DNA of 64,000 nucleotides from Podarcis bocagei (lineage: Eukaryota): assembly GCA_964188305.1 (NCBI GenBank), contig OZ076890.1; one strand, given 5' to 3'. The notes under the pieces were generated by a model that worked only from the letters and a program-made list of their open reading frames with translations, made no database searches and was not told the origin of the DNA. Position 1 is the stretch's first letter, and each line of letters starts with the position of its first letter. This document shows, in pieces, positions 49,501 through 62,044 of the stretch. The position numbers and the translations under genes were made by a program.

Positions 49501-52500
49501 TGCTTTAGGTTAAGAACAATTTCAGGTTAAGAACAGATCTCCAGAAAGAATTAAGTTCTTAACCCGAGGCACCACTGTATTGACCGTAGCTGGCAAACCG
49601 GACAAAGCTAAAGCGCAGGGTTTTTTGTGCTATTAAAAGTTTTAAAGGTACAAACTATTGTATGATCAAGAGACCGCTTATCACTTTAAACATCTTGCAA
49701 ATTAATTCTCAGCAAGCTTGACTAAAACCATTTTCTGCACACTGTTTTGACAATGAGCACGGTAGATTGAATGTTAATTCCAGCTAAGCAGCTCAAAGTT
49801 TTTAAACTTTAGAGAAGTGACAAGAACTGAAAATAATGTGTTAAAAGATATTTGGCTCAGAGTAATCCTGATTTTCTACAGATACATGTCACAGAACCAG
49901 CCAGACATCCTGGCACAGCTAGAAGCCTTTCTTCTAAATAAGTCAAGACCAGCCAGGCGTGAGAGGGGCTAAAAGCAAGAAGGAGCAGAGTGGCAAATTT
50001 CAGGCAAGGGAGCAATACCAGGTTACCGCTTGCCTTCCGTAAGAACATACCTGGGTTCTGAAAGTTATGTTATTGACCCCTGGTTCCAGTATTAAGTTGC
50101 TACATTTTAAAACGTGGGCACCATCCTCCAGAGTTAGCCCCGTGGGTATTTCCAGAGAAGAGCTGCTCTCCTGCCTTCGCAACAGCATGTGCACATTTTT
50201 GCAGATGATGCCTGTTGTGTTCAAGGAATTATCCGAAGGGCTCCTTTCATACATCTCATACAACTCCAACATCGGCAAGCTACTTCTTGACAGAGAGAGA
50301 CCCACAACCTCATTTGGAAAGCTGATAATACCATTGGAAGTCTTGTGTTTTGTGAGCCACTCAGCTGTCTTCCGGTAGCTATTTTTTTCAATGCTGAAAT
50401 GGATATTAATAGCGATCTGATCCACTTTCACCGCGATGGGCATCTGATTTGCCAACGTCAGTTCAATAGAGAGTGTTCCACCCACATGGACCACCGCATT
50501 AGGAGGGTCAAAATGCAGATTCTTCAGCTGTGCAAAGGAATGCATGGACAGTATAACTTTCTGATCTGCAAACAAATATAAAATAAGATACATGTGAAAC
50601 TCTATTGACCGTATGAGTGTAATCAAAGCAAAGATACCATTCAGCTAATACCTAGTAACTCTAAGGAAGAGAAAAAATCTTGGTTTGTGAATCTCAGCAC
50701 AACCTTAGGGGCACAGATTCATAAGCCTCAATGTATCTCCAGACTCAGAGTGGAACGTTCTGCAATCATGGAATAATAGCATTGCAGACTTGGAAGGGAA
50801 CCCCAAGAGTCACCTAGTCCAACCCCCTGCAATGCAGGGATAATACAAGTCTTTGGGCTCATCAAAAGTACTCTTTGAATTCCAGCTGTACTATATATAT
50901 TGTGTTGTAACACACTAAGTTATACTCGGAATAAATACACTGAAATTAATAGACTTAAGTTGGCCATGTCCATGAACTTCAATGGATCTACTCTGACTAT
51001 CACTAATGCTGGATACAGCCAATCACTCTTGCTTAATTGTGTCAAAAAGACCAAATTCTGCAACCTAAACCCATTTAGACAATATATTCTGCATAATATG
51101 CTATCTATATGCTTTGCATAATTTATTCTAATTGGCCTAATCCTGGGGAGAGACAAATAACTATGTAGAGTACTATGTAAACCCCATCTCCGAACTACTA
51201 GAAATCTAATTCAGCCACCCTCTCAGCTTCATTTTTAACACACTTTCAAGTACATCTTCCCTACCATATGGGTTAGAAACTTGTGCAATAAAAATGAAAG
51301 CTGAGATTTTCAGGAAACTAAACTCTGCAACCTAATTCTGCAACTGTTACGAGCTCTGTATAATCACACAATACCTAAAGCCACAGCATCCTTTTAGTAA
51401 ATTTCTGAAGCTATTAACTGAATAAAATAGTAGGCAGAAGAGGGCAGAAGCATGTAATAAAATGAAGGAACTAAAAAAAAATTAAAAATGGAATCACATA
51501 TACAGTGGTACCCCGCAAGACGAATGGGTTTTCTGTTTTGGAGGCGCTTCGCAAGACGAATTTCCCTATGGGCTTGCATCGCAAGACGAAAGCCCATAGA
51601 GAAATGCTGGCGGTCGGGAGCAAAGACTTTCGCCCACAGCCGGCCTTCAGAAGAGGACCTCTTCTGAAGGCCAGCGGGGGGCAAAAGTCTTTGCTCCCCC
51701 CCCCCGCCTGCCTTCCCCCCGCCTGCCCCGGCGATCTTAAAATGCTGGCGGGCGGGAGCGAAGCGTTCGCTGCCGACCCCCAGCATTTTAAAATCTCCCC
51801 GTGTCCCGGGGAGATCTTAAAATGCTGGGGGTCGGGAGCGAAGCGTTCGCTGCCGACCCCCAGCATTTTAAAATCTCCCCGTGTCCCGGGGAGATCTTAA
51901 AATGCTGGGGGTCGGGAGCGAAGCGCTGCCGACCCCCAGCATTTTAAAATCTCCCCCTGTCCCGGGGAGATTTTAAAATGCTGGGGGTCGGGAGCGTTCG
52001 CTGCCGACCCCCAGCATTTTAAAACGCTGTTCCGAAGCGGGGGGCGGGAACATCTGCCCCAGCCGCCCCACTTCGGAACGCTGTTCCGAAGTGGGGAGGG
52101 GGGGCGGGAACAGCTGCCCCAGCCGCCCCACTTCGGAACGCTGTTCCGAAGTGGGGAGGGGGGGCGGGAACAGCTGCCCCAGCCGCCCCAATTCGGAACG
52201 CTGTTCCGAAGTGGGGAGGGGGAGCGGGAACAGCTGCCCCATCCGCCCCACTTCGGAACGCTGTTCCGAAGTGGGGAGGGGGGCGGGAACAGCTGCCCCA
52301 TCCGCCCCACTTCGGAACGCTGTTCCGAAGTGGGGAGGGGGGGCGGGAACAGCTGCCCCAGCCGCCCCACTCGGAACGCTGTTCCGAAGTGGGGAGGGGG
52401 GGAGGGAACAGCTGCCCCAGCCGCCCCACTTCGGAACGCTGTTCCGAAGGGGGGAGGGGGGGAGGGAACAGCTGCCCCATCCGCCCCACTTCGGAACGCT

Positions 52501-55500
52501 GTTCCGAAGGGGGGAGGGGGGGCGGGAACAGCTGCCCCATCCGCCCCACTTCGGAACGCTGTTCCGAAGGGGGGAGGGGGGGCGGGAACAGCTGCCCCAT
52601 CCGCCCCACTTCGGAACGCTGTTCCGAAGGGGGGAGGGGGGGCGGGAACAGCTGCCCCATCCGCCCCACTTCGGAACGCTGTTCCGAAGTGGGGAGGGGG
52701 GCGGGAACAGCTGCCCCATCCGCCCCACTTCGGAACGCTGTTCCGAAGGGGGGAGGGGGGGAGGGAACAGCTGCCCCATCCGCCCCACTTCGGAACGCTG
52801 TTCCGAAGGGGGGAGGGGGGGCGGGAACAGCTGCCCCATCCGCCCCACTTCGGAACGCTGTTCCGAAGGGGGGCGGGGGGGCGGGAACAGCTGCCCCATC
52901 CGCCCCACTTCGGAAAGCTGTTCCGAAGTGGGGAGGGGGGGCGGGGACACCTGGCCCAGCCGCCCCACTTCGGAAAGCTGTTCCGAAGTGGGGAGGGGGG
53001 GCGGGGACACCTGGCCCAGCCACCCCACTTCGGAAAGCTGTTCCGAAGTGGGGCGGGGGGCGGGAACACCTTCTGAAGGCGGGCAGCGGGCGAAAGTCTT
53101 TGTCCCCCCTGCCTGCCTTCCCAGGGGCTTTTAAATCGCCCCGGACAGCGGAGAAGTCCTCCGCTGTCCGGGGCGATTTTAAAATGCCGCCCGCCAGCAT
53201 TTTAAGATCGCCCCGGACAGCGGAGAAGTCCTCCGCTGTCCCAGGGTTTTTTAAAATGCTGGGGGTGGGAAGAAAAGCCCTTGTCCCCCCCCCCCAGCCT
53301 TCAGAAGAGGTCCGGGGACAGACTGTCCCTGGACCTGGTCTGAAGGCGGTTTCCCTAGGAACGCATTAATTGATTTTCAATGCATTCCTATGGGAAACCG
53401 TGCATCGCAAGACGAAAAAACCGCAAGACGAAGAGACTTGCGGAACGAATTAATTTCGTCTTGCGAGGCACCACTGTACAAAATTATTCCTTCAAAAAGG
53501 AGAAAGTTGAAATCTTACAAGATGATGAAACTAATCTTGCTTTAAAAGCCATTCAAAACCAAAAGCCACTGGCTCAGGTGTGGTGAATCTTTCTCAGACT
53601 GAGGGCCACATTCCCTTCAGGGCAATACTCTGGGTAGTGCCCATGGTGGGTAAAGACAGAGGCAAAAGAGCACAGAGCAACAAATATAATTTGTACAATA
53701 GGCTAGTTTTATACTTTCACACACCATGCTAGCCTCCGGCAAGGCAAGGCAAGGGGCACCATCACAGATCGAATACATATTCCAGCCAGGGAAAAACAAA
53801 ACCTCAAGGAGGATCCAAGTTAGGTCTGGTGATCTGGGCAGAGTCCTGACAGCCAGATAAAGAGGCCTAAGGTTCCCCACTCTGCCCTAACTTCTTAAGA
53901 AAGATAGCCTAGCTGAAGTTTCACAATAAGTGTCTCTTGAAAGTCTTACCTTCACCTTCTGAGGGCTGTTTGGCAAAATTTAGTATTTCTTGGCAATAGT
54001 GTTTGCGCTCTTCTTCTGTTAAGTGATCATCAGCAGCTAAAAGACTGCTTGTTTGAAGATAGCTGGCATGAAGTTAAGGAAGTGTGGAGAAAGGAGTATA
54101 CATACACACACAAATAATATGCCACCTTGATGCAACGACAAATACTTCATTCATGTTAAAGTTTGTTTTTTTTAAAAAAAATCACAATCTCCGTACCTAA
54201 TTCTACATTTAAAAACAAACCTGCTTAGTAATTATTTAATAGTAGTAATTATATCAACGATGAAATCACATCCCCTCTGCCAACTGGAACTTATGAGTGT
54301 TTACTTAAAACTGGGAGGCTCATAAGGATTCCTCAAACTGTGAGGGAACTGTGACCAGTTTGGCTGCCCTTTCCTGAACTCTACAATATCCTTCTTGACT
54401 TGAGGTGAAGCAACCAGAATTATTCCTAACATGGAATTTGTATTTTTAGCCACTGGTACACACTGGGTCAACACTTTCTCCAAGCTACCAACCACGATCC
54501 CAAGTTCTCTTCCCTGGTGAGTCACTGCCAGTTCTGATCCTATTAGCATATATGTGACATTAGCGGTGTAATTTAACATAGCGCTAAGTGGGTTATGTGC
54601 AAGCAGAACAAAGATTGCTCACGCAATAGGATTTCCTCCCCTCTAAACCTTATGGAAGTTCACCTAACTCTCCAGAGCAGATTTAGGGAGTGGAGGGAGA
54701 GAAAACTGGCTGCGTCAGTGGACCACTTCCAAGGTAGTTACTATCAAGTAGTATATAAGTATTAAGAAATAAATAATAAATAAAAGCGATGCCAGGACCT
54801 TTATGGCGGTTATGTGCAAAGCCCAGCAGCTCCAACAGCTAACCTCTGATGAAAAATTGAAACATTGATTATTGGTGCAATCCTTGGGTGACAGTACTGT
54901 GCACCTTCTGCTGTACTACCCACCCTCCCCAACAACATAGGTACCTAAGACATACCCTTTGCTTTGAAGGATACTTTTCCACTTGTCCCAGGTGTTTCTG
55001 GCATTCTGCTAGCTGCTTCCGTGTATGCGTAATAAGCAATGCCCATCCCTCCGCAAGGTAGGTTTTCAATGCTCCTTGAAGGTAGACTTCAGCCTTTTGA
55101 GGACTCTTCTTCTTCCTTGGGAAATGTCACAGACAGGGAGAGGGATAGTAGTTTACAATTTTTTTTTAATGGAAACCTTTCATCCGCTACAAACATGAAC
55201 TATAGATTAGGTAACTAATCACTGTACTCTTTTCGGCACCTGCTGAAAACATTCTTGCTTAGACAAGCCTACCCAGATGCTTAGAAAGCCAAGGTGATTT
55301 TAATCAATTTTAGTATTTAAACTTTTATATGTTTTAAAGTATGGCTGTGAATTTTTCTCGATTTTATTTTATCTTTTTGCAAACAGCATTGATTTTATTT
55401 TTTTTACAATCAAAAGGCATGTAAATTTTATGCTGTAATAATGATAAATATATAGTAATAAAATAACTAATACCCTATTCAATATGCTTAGCATTCATTG

Positions 55501-58500
55501 TACTGGAATGGATTGTTAGAATACCTTGAAAGCTTTTAAGCTCATAGAGTCCTTGATAATATTAAGCTGTGTGCATATCTTGATAGAACTACAGAGCATT
55601 TACCCTTTCCTTGTCTTAGATTCCATATCACTGTACACACACATAAAGGAATGGTGGTTAGGGATCTAATTATTAGGATAGCTAATACAATTTTGAGCAC
55701 ATATTTTTGATGTTGCAGCATAGAGAAGCTAACTGGTAAACCTAGCCATTTATTTATTTTTTGTTTCCAATTATTTTTCAGAACATGTGCCTAAAACGTC
55801 TCTTAATTTCTAAGTGCATAATTTATTATTTATTTTATTAAATATATTTTCAGCCTGCTCTTTATCCGAAGATCTCAGAGTGATTTATATCTCCATTAAA
55901 ACCACAGTCAATAAAGCAAGCAGATAAAAGTCCATAAAATCAACATCAAACCCCAGAGATGGTTCTCATTGTAGAGAATGACTAAAATCACTGAAAGGCT
56001 CAGGCAAACAGGAAATGTTTTCACTTGGCACAAAAATGTTAACAAGGTCAGTGCCAATCACACTTTGAGGGAGAAGGCATTCCACCATCCAGGAACCACC
56101 AATGATGAGGCCGAATCACCTATCACCACATAATGCATCCCTCCTAATAGAGATGGGCCTCCCCTCCAGATCAAAGAGCCTGGGCAAGCTGGTAACAGGA
56201 GAAGCAATCCTTCACATACTTGGATCCCAAGTCATTTATGACTTTAAATTCAGCCTGGAAAAATATAGCCAGCCACTGAAGATCTTTTTGGGTTGGTTTT
56301 AATGCAATTCCCCAAGGCTATCCCAGGCAATACTCTGGCAGCTGCATTCTGGCACTAATTGGAGTTTCTGGATCATCTGCATAGGCAGCCCCATGTAAAC
56401 TGTGTTACAGTAGTTCAGATAGTAGGTTAGCTGAGCAGGAGTCACTGCAGTTGAGTTACCTCTATGTGGAAACAGATGTAGCTGGCAAGATACATGGAGT
56501 GGGAAAGGGTACTTCAAAACACATAATCCATCTCTGTTTCCTGTGACAGTGTTGAATCAAAGAATACTTCCAACTATATACCTGCTCCTTCAAAGGGAAT
56601 GCAACCCTATCCAAATCAGGGAACCTATCTAGTGCCTGCCCACACAGCTTCTGTCTTCAAGATGGAGTCTTACTATAGTGGCCCGCATCCAGCCTGCTGC
56701 TGCTGCTGCTGTTTATTGCCCACCCTTCCCCCTACAGTCTCCAGACACCAGCCCAATACCTTCCAGTCTCACCTTATTCCAGCAAGAAGTACTGCTGGAT
56801 TTGTCAACAGCCTACACTGCTGACACCTTGCTTCCCTGATGTCCTCACCCAGCAGCTTCATATAGATACAGAAGAGCATGAGGGCAAAATGGAACCCTAC
56901 AGGACCCCACAGCAGGCATGCCAAGTGGGACCTGTACATAGGAGTGTAATAACTGTAACAACGTTTCAGAGACAATCCAGGAGGACACCACGATTAAGGG
57001 TATGAAAAGCTGAGAAATCAAGGAGAATCAACAAGGATGCACTGCCACAGTCCCTCTCCCTTTCAGATTAAAAGTTTTGTTCCTTAAAAGGAAACCATTG
57101 AAAGTTTTCCTTACATATAAAATTCTGCCAGATCCTTTCCAACAAGCTTTGCTGAGCGAGATCTTCCAATGTTTTTGTACATTTCAATAGTGGCATGGGA
57201 AAGATCCTACATAAAAGAAAAGAAAAGACAAGGGGCTTTAGGACAAGCTATCTTACAAAAGTTCTTTGTTCCAAAACCTTATGTTTAATATATTCAGAAG
57301 CATATATCCTATGGATTGAGCACAAAGATCTTTTCCAAAGTTCCTTTGGTTTGTTTTTGTTTTTGCACTGTTGTAAGTTGTTGATTACTTATTGAAACTT
57401 TAGAAGAAATCTGGCAAATATTTTAAAAAGCTAATTACACATACAAGAATTCCACCATTGTATTTATATACTGACTTTATAGTCACTCAGCATCAAAATA
57501 TGCAGGGCAAGAGACTATGTAAAAAGCTATATAAACAAACATTTAACCAACCTCCATATATTCAAATATGTTATGCTCGTTATCTTCATCAGCTATGTAT
57601 TTTTGAAAGTCTATCTGTTTGTTCTCTATAGGTTTGGACACCTATTGAGATATCACCATTAAACTCGCCACAAGGGTTCCCAAGGTGGGATGGTGGTTTT
57701 GGGTACTGGCTGCCATTTTGAATCAAGACTTCAAATATTCCTCCCGACACTGATTATGATTCTATACTATTTCTTACAACTAGTACACCCCTAGGAATAG
57801 TATTCTGCTGCAAATATTGACGGAAGACTACACCCAATATATTATACAATCAATAATATTTTGTCCTCTTATTTAGAGTCTACATGCAGAATATATATGG
57901 CATACTTACTAAGTAGTGATTTTCAAAAGCTTCTACAGATGATAAGGCCTCTTTCAGTTTCTTATAAGGAGATTGTGCTGTATTGGCTTCAAAAATAAAA
58001 TAGGGCAGATGTAAGACTTCCATTTTCAAAAGGCAACTAAAGTTAATACAGGAAAACACCACACTGCATTTTATCCTGTGTTATATTTAAAAGAACCAAG
58101 ATATTAATATTAGGAGTCTGGGGTTTTCTATTTATGATTCAAGCTCAAATGTGGGCTTTGATTTGCTCTTATTTCAGCACATCTAGCTGATATATCAAAT
58201 ATTCTGTCAGTGCAAAAAATTAGTTCAGTTGGTTAGAGCATGGTGCTGAGAACACCAAGATTGCAAGTTCAATCCCTATATGGGATAGCTCCCTATTTCT
58301 GCATTGCAGGGGATTGGACTAGATGATCCTCAGGGTCCCTTCCAACTCTACAATAGTATTATTTATGTTAACAGGAACACAGTTCTACTCCTTCTTTTCA
58401 AAGGAAATGGTGATCTTTTAAATTTTCACTGTACAGCAAGACTAAAAGTGTCATTTAAAAAACAAGCAGCGGCTACACACAGTTATCCGAAGAGATATAT

Positions 58501-60523
58501 TAGTACATCAAACACATAACGAGAAACGCAAATTACCAGCATCATTATGTTATTTGACTACAGAGTTACAAACTTCCTGTCCACCACTCCAGTAAGTATA
58601 GCATAAAAGAATTTCAGTGGTATTCAAAAATGGTCCAGCTACATGCATTGTGGAGAAGATTAATCCCTTTTCAGTATGAACATTTCAGTAACAAACTGTC
58701 TCTGAACATGGATAACTTTGGCAAATACTGACGCAAACAATAGTTGTCCATCAAAAGCATGACTGACATCAAGAGAACTTACTGGGCCTTCACATAGTTT
58801 CATAAAACATTTTCTGTAAATACCTGTTTCAGGGCGTTCAGCTCCAAGTCCCGCTAGAAGATCAACTGTTCGATTAAGATCTTCTGAGTTGGGCCCATTT
58901 TCTGACACAAGTCCACATAGGTAACCCAGGGACTTCAACTGCAGAAATATAAAGTTCTGTCATTGTACTCCATGACAAGAGAAATATGAAAACACTGGCT
59001 ACATTTTTAACTCCCAAGTCACACAAAGAGTCTTGCAGCACCTCACAAATTTATTTTGACAATCATGACGCCTCAATAACTGCTAAGTTTCTGTCTTTCC
59101 AGCGAATAACATCTATATTTCCAGAAAATAAATGTGAGCGACTGATAAGAGTGGTATACCAGATGAAAGAAACCGTCCTAAACCTGACAGATTCATTTCA
59201 AACAATGTTATAAGTCACATGTATGCATCGCCGCCCCAACACATCCAAAATCTTACAGGGCATCTGCAACAGAACTACCTTACTGAGTTAGTCTATTAGC
59301 TCTGCATTCTTTCCGAAACAGTAACCAACCAAATGCTTCACAGTATTTGTATAATCTGCATAATCATGTAAAATCCCATTCCCCTGTTTGCAACCGGTCA
59401 TATACCAACATGGAGTTTATCACATGAAGGATCCAACTGCATCGTGTACATATAGGTCCTACACACATTGGACTGCAGACATGTACACCCCTATGCAAAT
59501 ACAATTGTCCAGTGTACGATGTGGAGAATAGACTGCAATGCTGAACAGGTGGGCTAATCCCCTCACCCAATGTACCCATGAAAAACTACATTTGTATGCA
59601 CATGCCAGGGTCTTTGGGGACGGGGGGGCGGAGAGATTGTCAGCTAGACTGATGCAAGAAGTACAAAAGTTCATTATCTGGGAATGTAGCTAGCCAAATG
59701 TATCCTGGTACAGTGTTTGGTTAAGAAGAAAAATGAGTGCACTGCGCTTACAAACATTTGTCTGATCCGTTAGAAGCAGAACTTCAGTATCATATTGGCT
59801 TATCTCTCATTAAACAAAAGTTGTACTGATTGTGACTATGAAACTTTTCCACTGACAGTTTGGCAACATGCATCACTCCCTTTGCTTACCTTTTCAGTGG
59901 CGTAACTCCATAAGCCGACTGTGTGGGAGACATTGGCATCAATCTGAGACCGATCACAGCAACCTTCTATTCTCTGCAAAACCTCCAAGCAGCTCAAGAA
60001 GACCCAACAGTCCAAAGCGCCAGGAGGAACAGAGACCTAAAGATAAGAACAACAAAGACACCGTTCAGACGCAACGTATATTCTTATAAGGCAAAAAAAG
60101 TATAGATTAGTACTAATGGCTTTTAAGGGGGGTGCGTGCAATACAAAGCTAGGTCTTGAGGACAATCTATCATCTCCTGCCAGACACCACAAACTTCCAC
60201 ACAAACTAGCTAGTCGCTTTCCAAAGGAGGCTCAGGTTTTTGCCACCCTAAACGACCCTTAAGCTCAGGGTTGGGAAGACTTCAGGTTTGCGGGATTTAC
60301 TCTGGGTTTGTCTTTTTATTAGAACCCCAAGACCCAACAAAAAGAAGTCAGGTGCAAAATAGTGTCAGGAGGGAATGTAAAACTATGAACAGACACCTAG
60401 CTGGGATCAGGAATTTGTTTTTAGTAACAGAATTGAGCTCACAATCCTTTCACACACAAAAACTACTCCTGGTTCCCACCTCCACCAACATTTCTCATCA
60501 TAACAGACTTTAAATTTAAATAA

Positions 60524-60565
<42 letters not shown>

Positions 60566-62022
60566 CATCATCATCATCATCATCTTTTGGTTACAGCTAT
60601 TGTTAAACAACCAGGAGTGTGAAGCCTTGCTGACATACTTCAAATCACCCAGAAATCTACCCGCAGACCCCAATCTCTCTTTTGCCCACCCTTGTTTTTG
60701 GTTACCCTATAATCCAGAGCAAAACAAGGAGCTAGGGAGGGAATTTAAGCATTAAATCACTTGACGGATTAATTTACAAAAACTTACTTCAAGGAGCTTT
60801 AGCTCTTGCACACAGTTGTGGAGAAGTTCTAGCGCTCGCTGAGATACCTCCCATGGTCTCTGGAGAAAGATCAGCAATGTGCACTGGCGAGAAAAGAGGT
60901 AACTGCGCAGGTCTAACAGAGTGGCTTCCTGGTTCTGAATCAGTTCTCTTTTCTCCATGTCTATTGGCTTACGAAGAACCAGCCCGTTCCAGCTTCGCAC
61001 CGGTTGGCAGAAAAAAGTCAGCCAGTTTGCGCCATCTATGCAAAACACACACAGTGAGAGGTAACGACACCTGGCACATTGAAGCAATGTGAATTAAGCT
61101 ACACACATCCATATTAAAGTTTTCTGTTGAATACACTTTTTATTACGGGGAAATAAAAAGTTTACACAATCAAGTGGATTATTTGTCACCCTTGAATTGC
61201 TCGAATTTAATTTTGCAAAGCATAAGTCATCAGATCTCTTCAAGGAAATGCTCAATTACACTTGATTTAACTACTTACCACCAGCTCCAAAGTTGACAAC
61301 ATACTGGGAGAACAGGGCATCCAGCTCATCATATTGCACAAGGGCATCCTCAAATTGCTGCAGCATTTCAAAGACAAAGGCCAATTCTTCCTTTTAATAT
61401 ATAAAGAAAAATGTATGTTAATACTTAGGGTGCAACAAAATGGAAGCAACAAAACTGTAGCAACAAAAAATGTACAGTACTTAGTATCTCCCCCGCCCCC
61501 CACCCCGGCAAAAATAACCGAAGACTACTCTTAGGAAATCAAGGGCCAATTTTTAAGAAAAGTCTTCACTCTTGAAAATGTGTTAATCTTGGTGGTACAA
61601 AGTGGGTACTGGTTTGTATCTTTAGATCCCTTTCCTATAAACTCTGCGCAAGATAACTAAATTGACTCATGCAAGAAAAATGAAGCACTGAAACAAAAAC
61701 TTTTGCTTGTGATTTTAGCTCTACGCAGTTTAAAGGAAACAGTTTAATGCAAACACATTGTTTGATGCAAGCAGTACAAGACTAGTTTTAAAAAGGTTTA
61801 TTTTTCCATAGACTGCTTTACTATACCTGGACCATAAAATATTCACAAAAACTCCATCCTGGCTCTGTCCTCTTCTCCCTCAAAGTTCTCATGTCATCCT
61901 CAAATTTGCCAAGATTTTTGGTAAAAGACATGAGAAGCAGGGTCCTGAGTTTTGTCAAGAAGGCATTCCAGGACTCCTGAGAGCGGGAAGAGTCTTTCAA
62001 GGGGTCAGATAGCACTACACAC
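36503..62022 (-). CDS. TRAPPC10: Trafficking protein particle complex subunit 10 (TMEM1/Trs130 homolog), 3' part; 19 coding exons visible (about exons 5-23), 5' exons lie beyond position 64000
   Basis: Exons (minus strand): 61827-62022 (CVVLSDPLKDSSRSQESWNAFLTKLR), 61279-61390, 60788-61035, 59890-60036, 58824-58938, 57910-57986, 57115-57206, 54975-55115, 53950-54062, 50051-50565, 44610-44751, 43081-43239, 41714-41940, 41106-41206, 40519-40645, 39273-39443, 38332-38509, 37795-37989, 36503-36741 (...DDHILEVNVT*). Phases consistent. Confidence 0.95.
40714..40760. repeat. (ATCT)n microsatellite
   Basis: Visible run. Confidence 0.95.
43515..43546. repeat. (ATAG)n microsatellite
   Basis: Visible run. 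Confidence 0.9.
46383..48541 (-). mobile_element. 5'-truncated L1-clade LINE: ORF2 RT C-terminal half and zinc knuckle, 3'UTR and A-rich tail
   Basis: Uninterrupted frame 48541-46625 containing KGTRQGCPLSPLLF, YADD, KYLG, GGFGVPNL and CWKC...H.WWSC. T-rich tail on + at 46383-46406. Confidence 0.92.
48690..49335 (-). mobile_element. Degenerate L2 LINE fragment (interrupted by the MITE at 49336)
   Basis: SRLDYCN motif and KFQLVQNAVAQLL-like translation, with frameshifts. Confidence 0.7.
49336..49577. mobile_element. Tc1/mariner (Tigger/pogo-like) MITE
   Basis: TA|CAGTGGTACCTCGGGTTA...TAACCCGAGGCACCACTG|TA; internal TTCAGGTTA repeats. Confidence 0.85.
50770..50840 (-). mobile_element. 3' fragment of a tRNA/CR1-tail SINE
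   Basis: TTGGAAGGGAACCCCAAGAGTCACCTAGTCCAACCCCCTGCAATGCAGG, as in 62045-62190. Confidence 0.55.
51733..52022. repeat. Four ~70-76-bp palindromic tandem units
   Basis: TTAAAATGCTGGGGGTCGG...CCGACCCCCAGCATTTTAA stems separated by ATCTCCCC...GGGGAGAT hairpins. Confidence 0.85.
52023..53068. repeat. GC-rich minisatellite, ~18 x 59-60 bp, with a hairpin in each unit
   Basis: Unit core CCCCACTTCGGAAC-GCT-GTTCCGAAGTGGGG (14-bp stem in the consensus), followed by AGGGGGGGCGGGAACAGCTGCCCCAGCCG. Confidence 0.95.
53575..53884. mobile_element. Probable hAT-type non-autonomous element
   Basis: CAGGTGTGGTGAATC...GGTTCCCCACTCTG imperfect inverted ends; TGAGGGCCACATTCC subterminal motif. Confidence 0.4.
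54063..54974 (-). other. U12-type GT-AG intron of TRAPPC10
   Basis: 5' splice site GTATCCTT at 54974-54967; branch point TTCCTTAAC followed by TTCATGCCAG| with no polypyrimidine tract. Confidence 0.9.
54350..54560 (-). mobile_element. Degenerate CR1 LINE fragment inside the U12 intron
   Basis: Translation RELGIVV...TQCVPVAKNTNSMLGII resembles CR1 'KDLGV...QC..AKKAN.MLG.I'. Confidence 0.55.
55830..56600 (-). mobile_element. Degenerate L2 LINE fragment
   Basis: YLNYCNTVYMGLPMQMIQKLQLV resembles L2 'RLDYCN.LY.GLP......LQLVQN'. Confidence 0.6.
58221..58355 (+). mobile_element. tRNA-headed SINE with CR1-derived tail
   Basis: TAGTTCAGTTGGTTAGAGC (A box) and GTTCAATCCC (B box), then a GGACTAGATGATCCTCAGGGTCCCTTCCAACTCT tail. 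Confidence 0.75.
60524..60583. repeat. (AAT)n(CAT)n compound microsatellite
   Basis: Visible run. Confidence 0.95.
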
Positions 62023-62044
62023 CTGTAAGGAGGAAACAATCATA

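Larger units (their letters stand above)
51503..53476. mobile_element. Non-autonomous Tc1/mariner-type element (~1.97 kb) with internal palindromic tandem repeats
   Basis: TA|CAGTGGTACCCCGCAAGACGAA...TTCGTCTTGCGAGGCACCACTG|TA. No transposase; subterminal GCAAGACGAA repeats. Confidence 0.85.

Noticed and set aside
52023-53068. CRISPR-like array of palindromic repeats
   Set aside because: The intervening sequences are near-identical rather than unique spacers, there are no cas genes, and the array sits in a vertebrate intron inside a TIR element.
51394-53369. Long ORFs (130-393 aa) in several frames
   Set aside because: They arise from stop-free GC-rich tandem repeats, are open on both strands and translate to low-complexity sequence.
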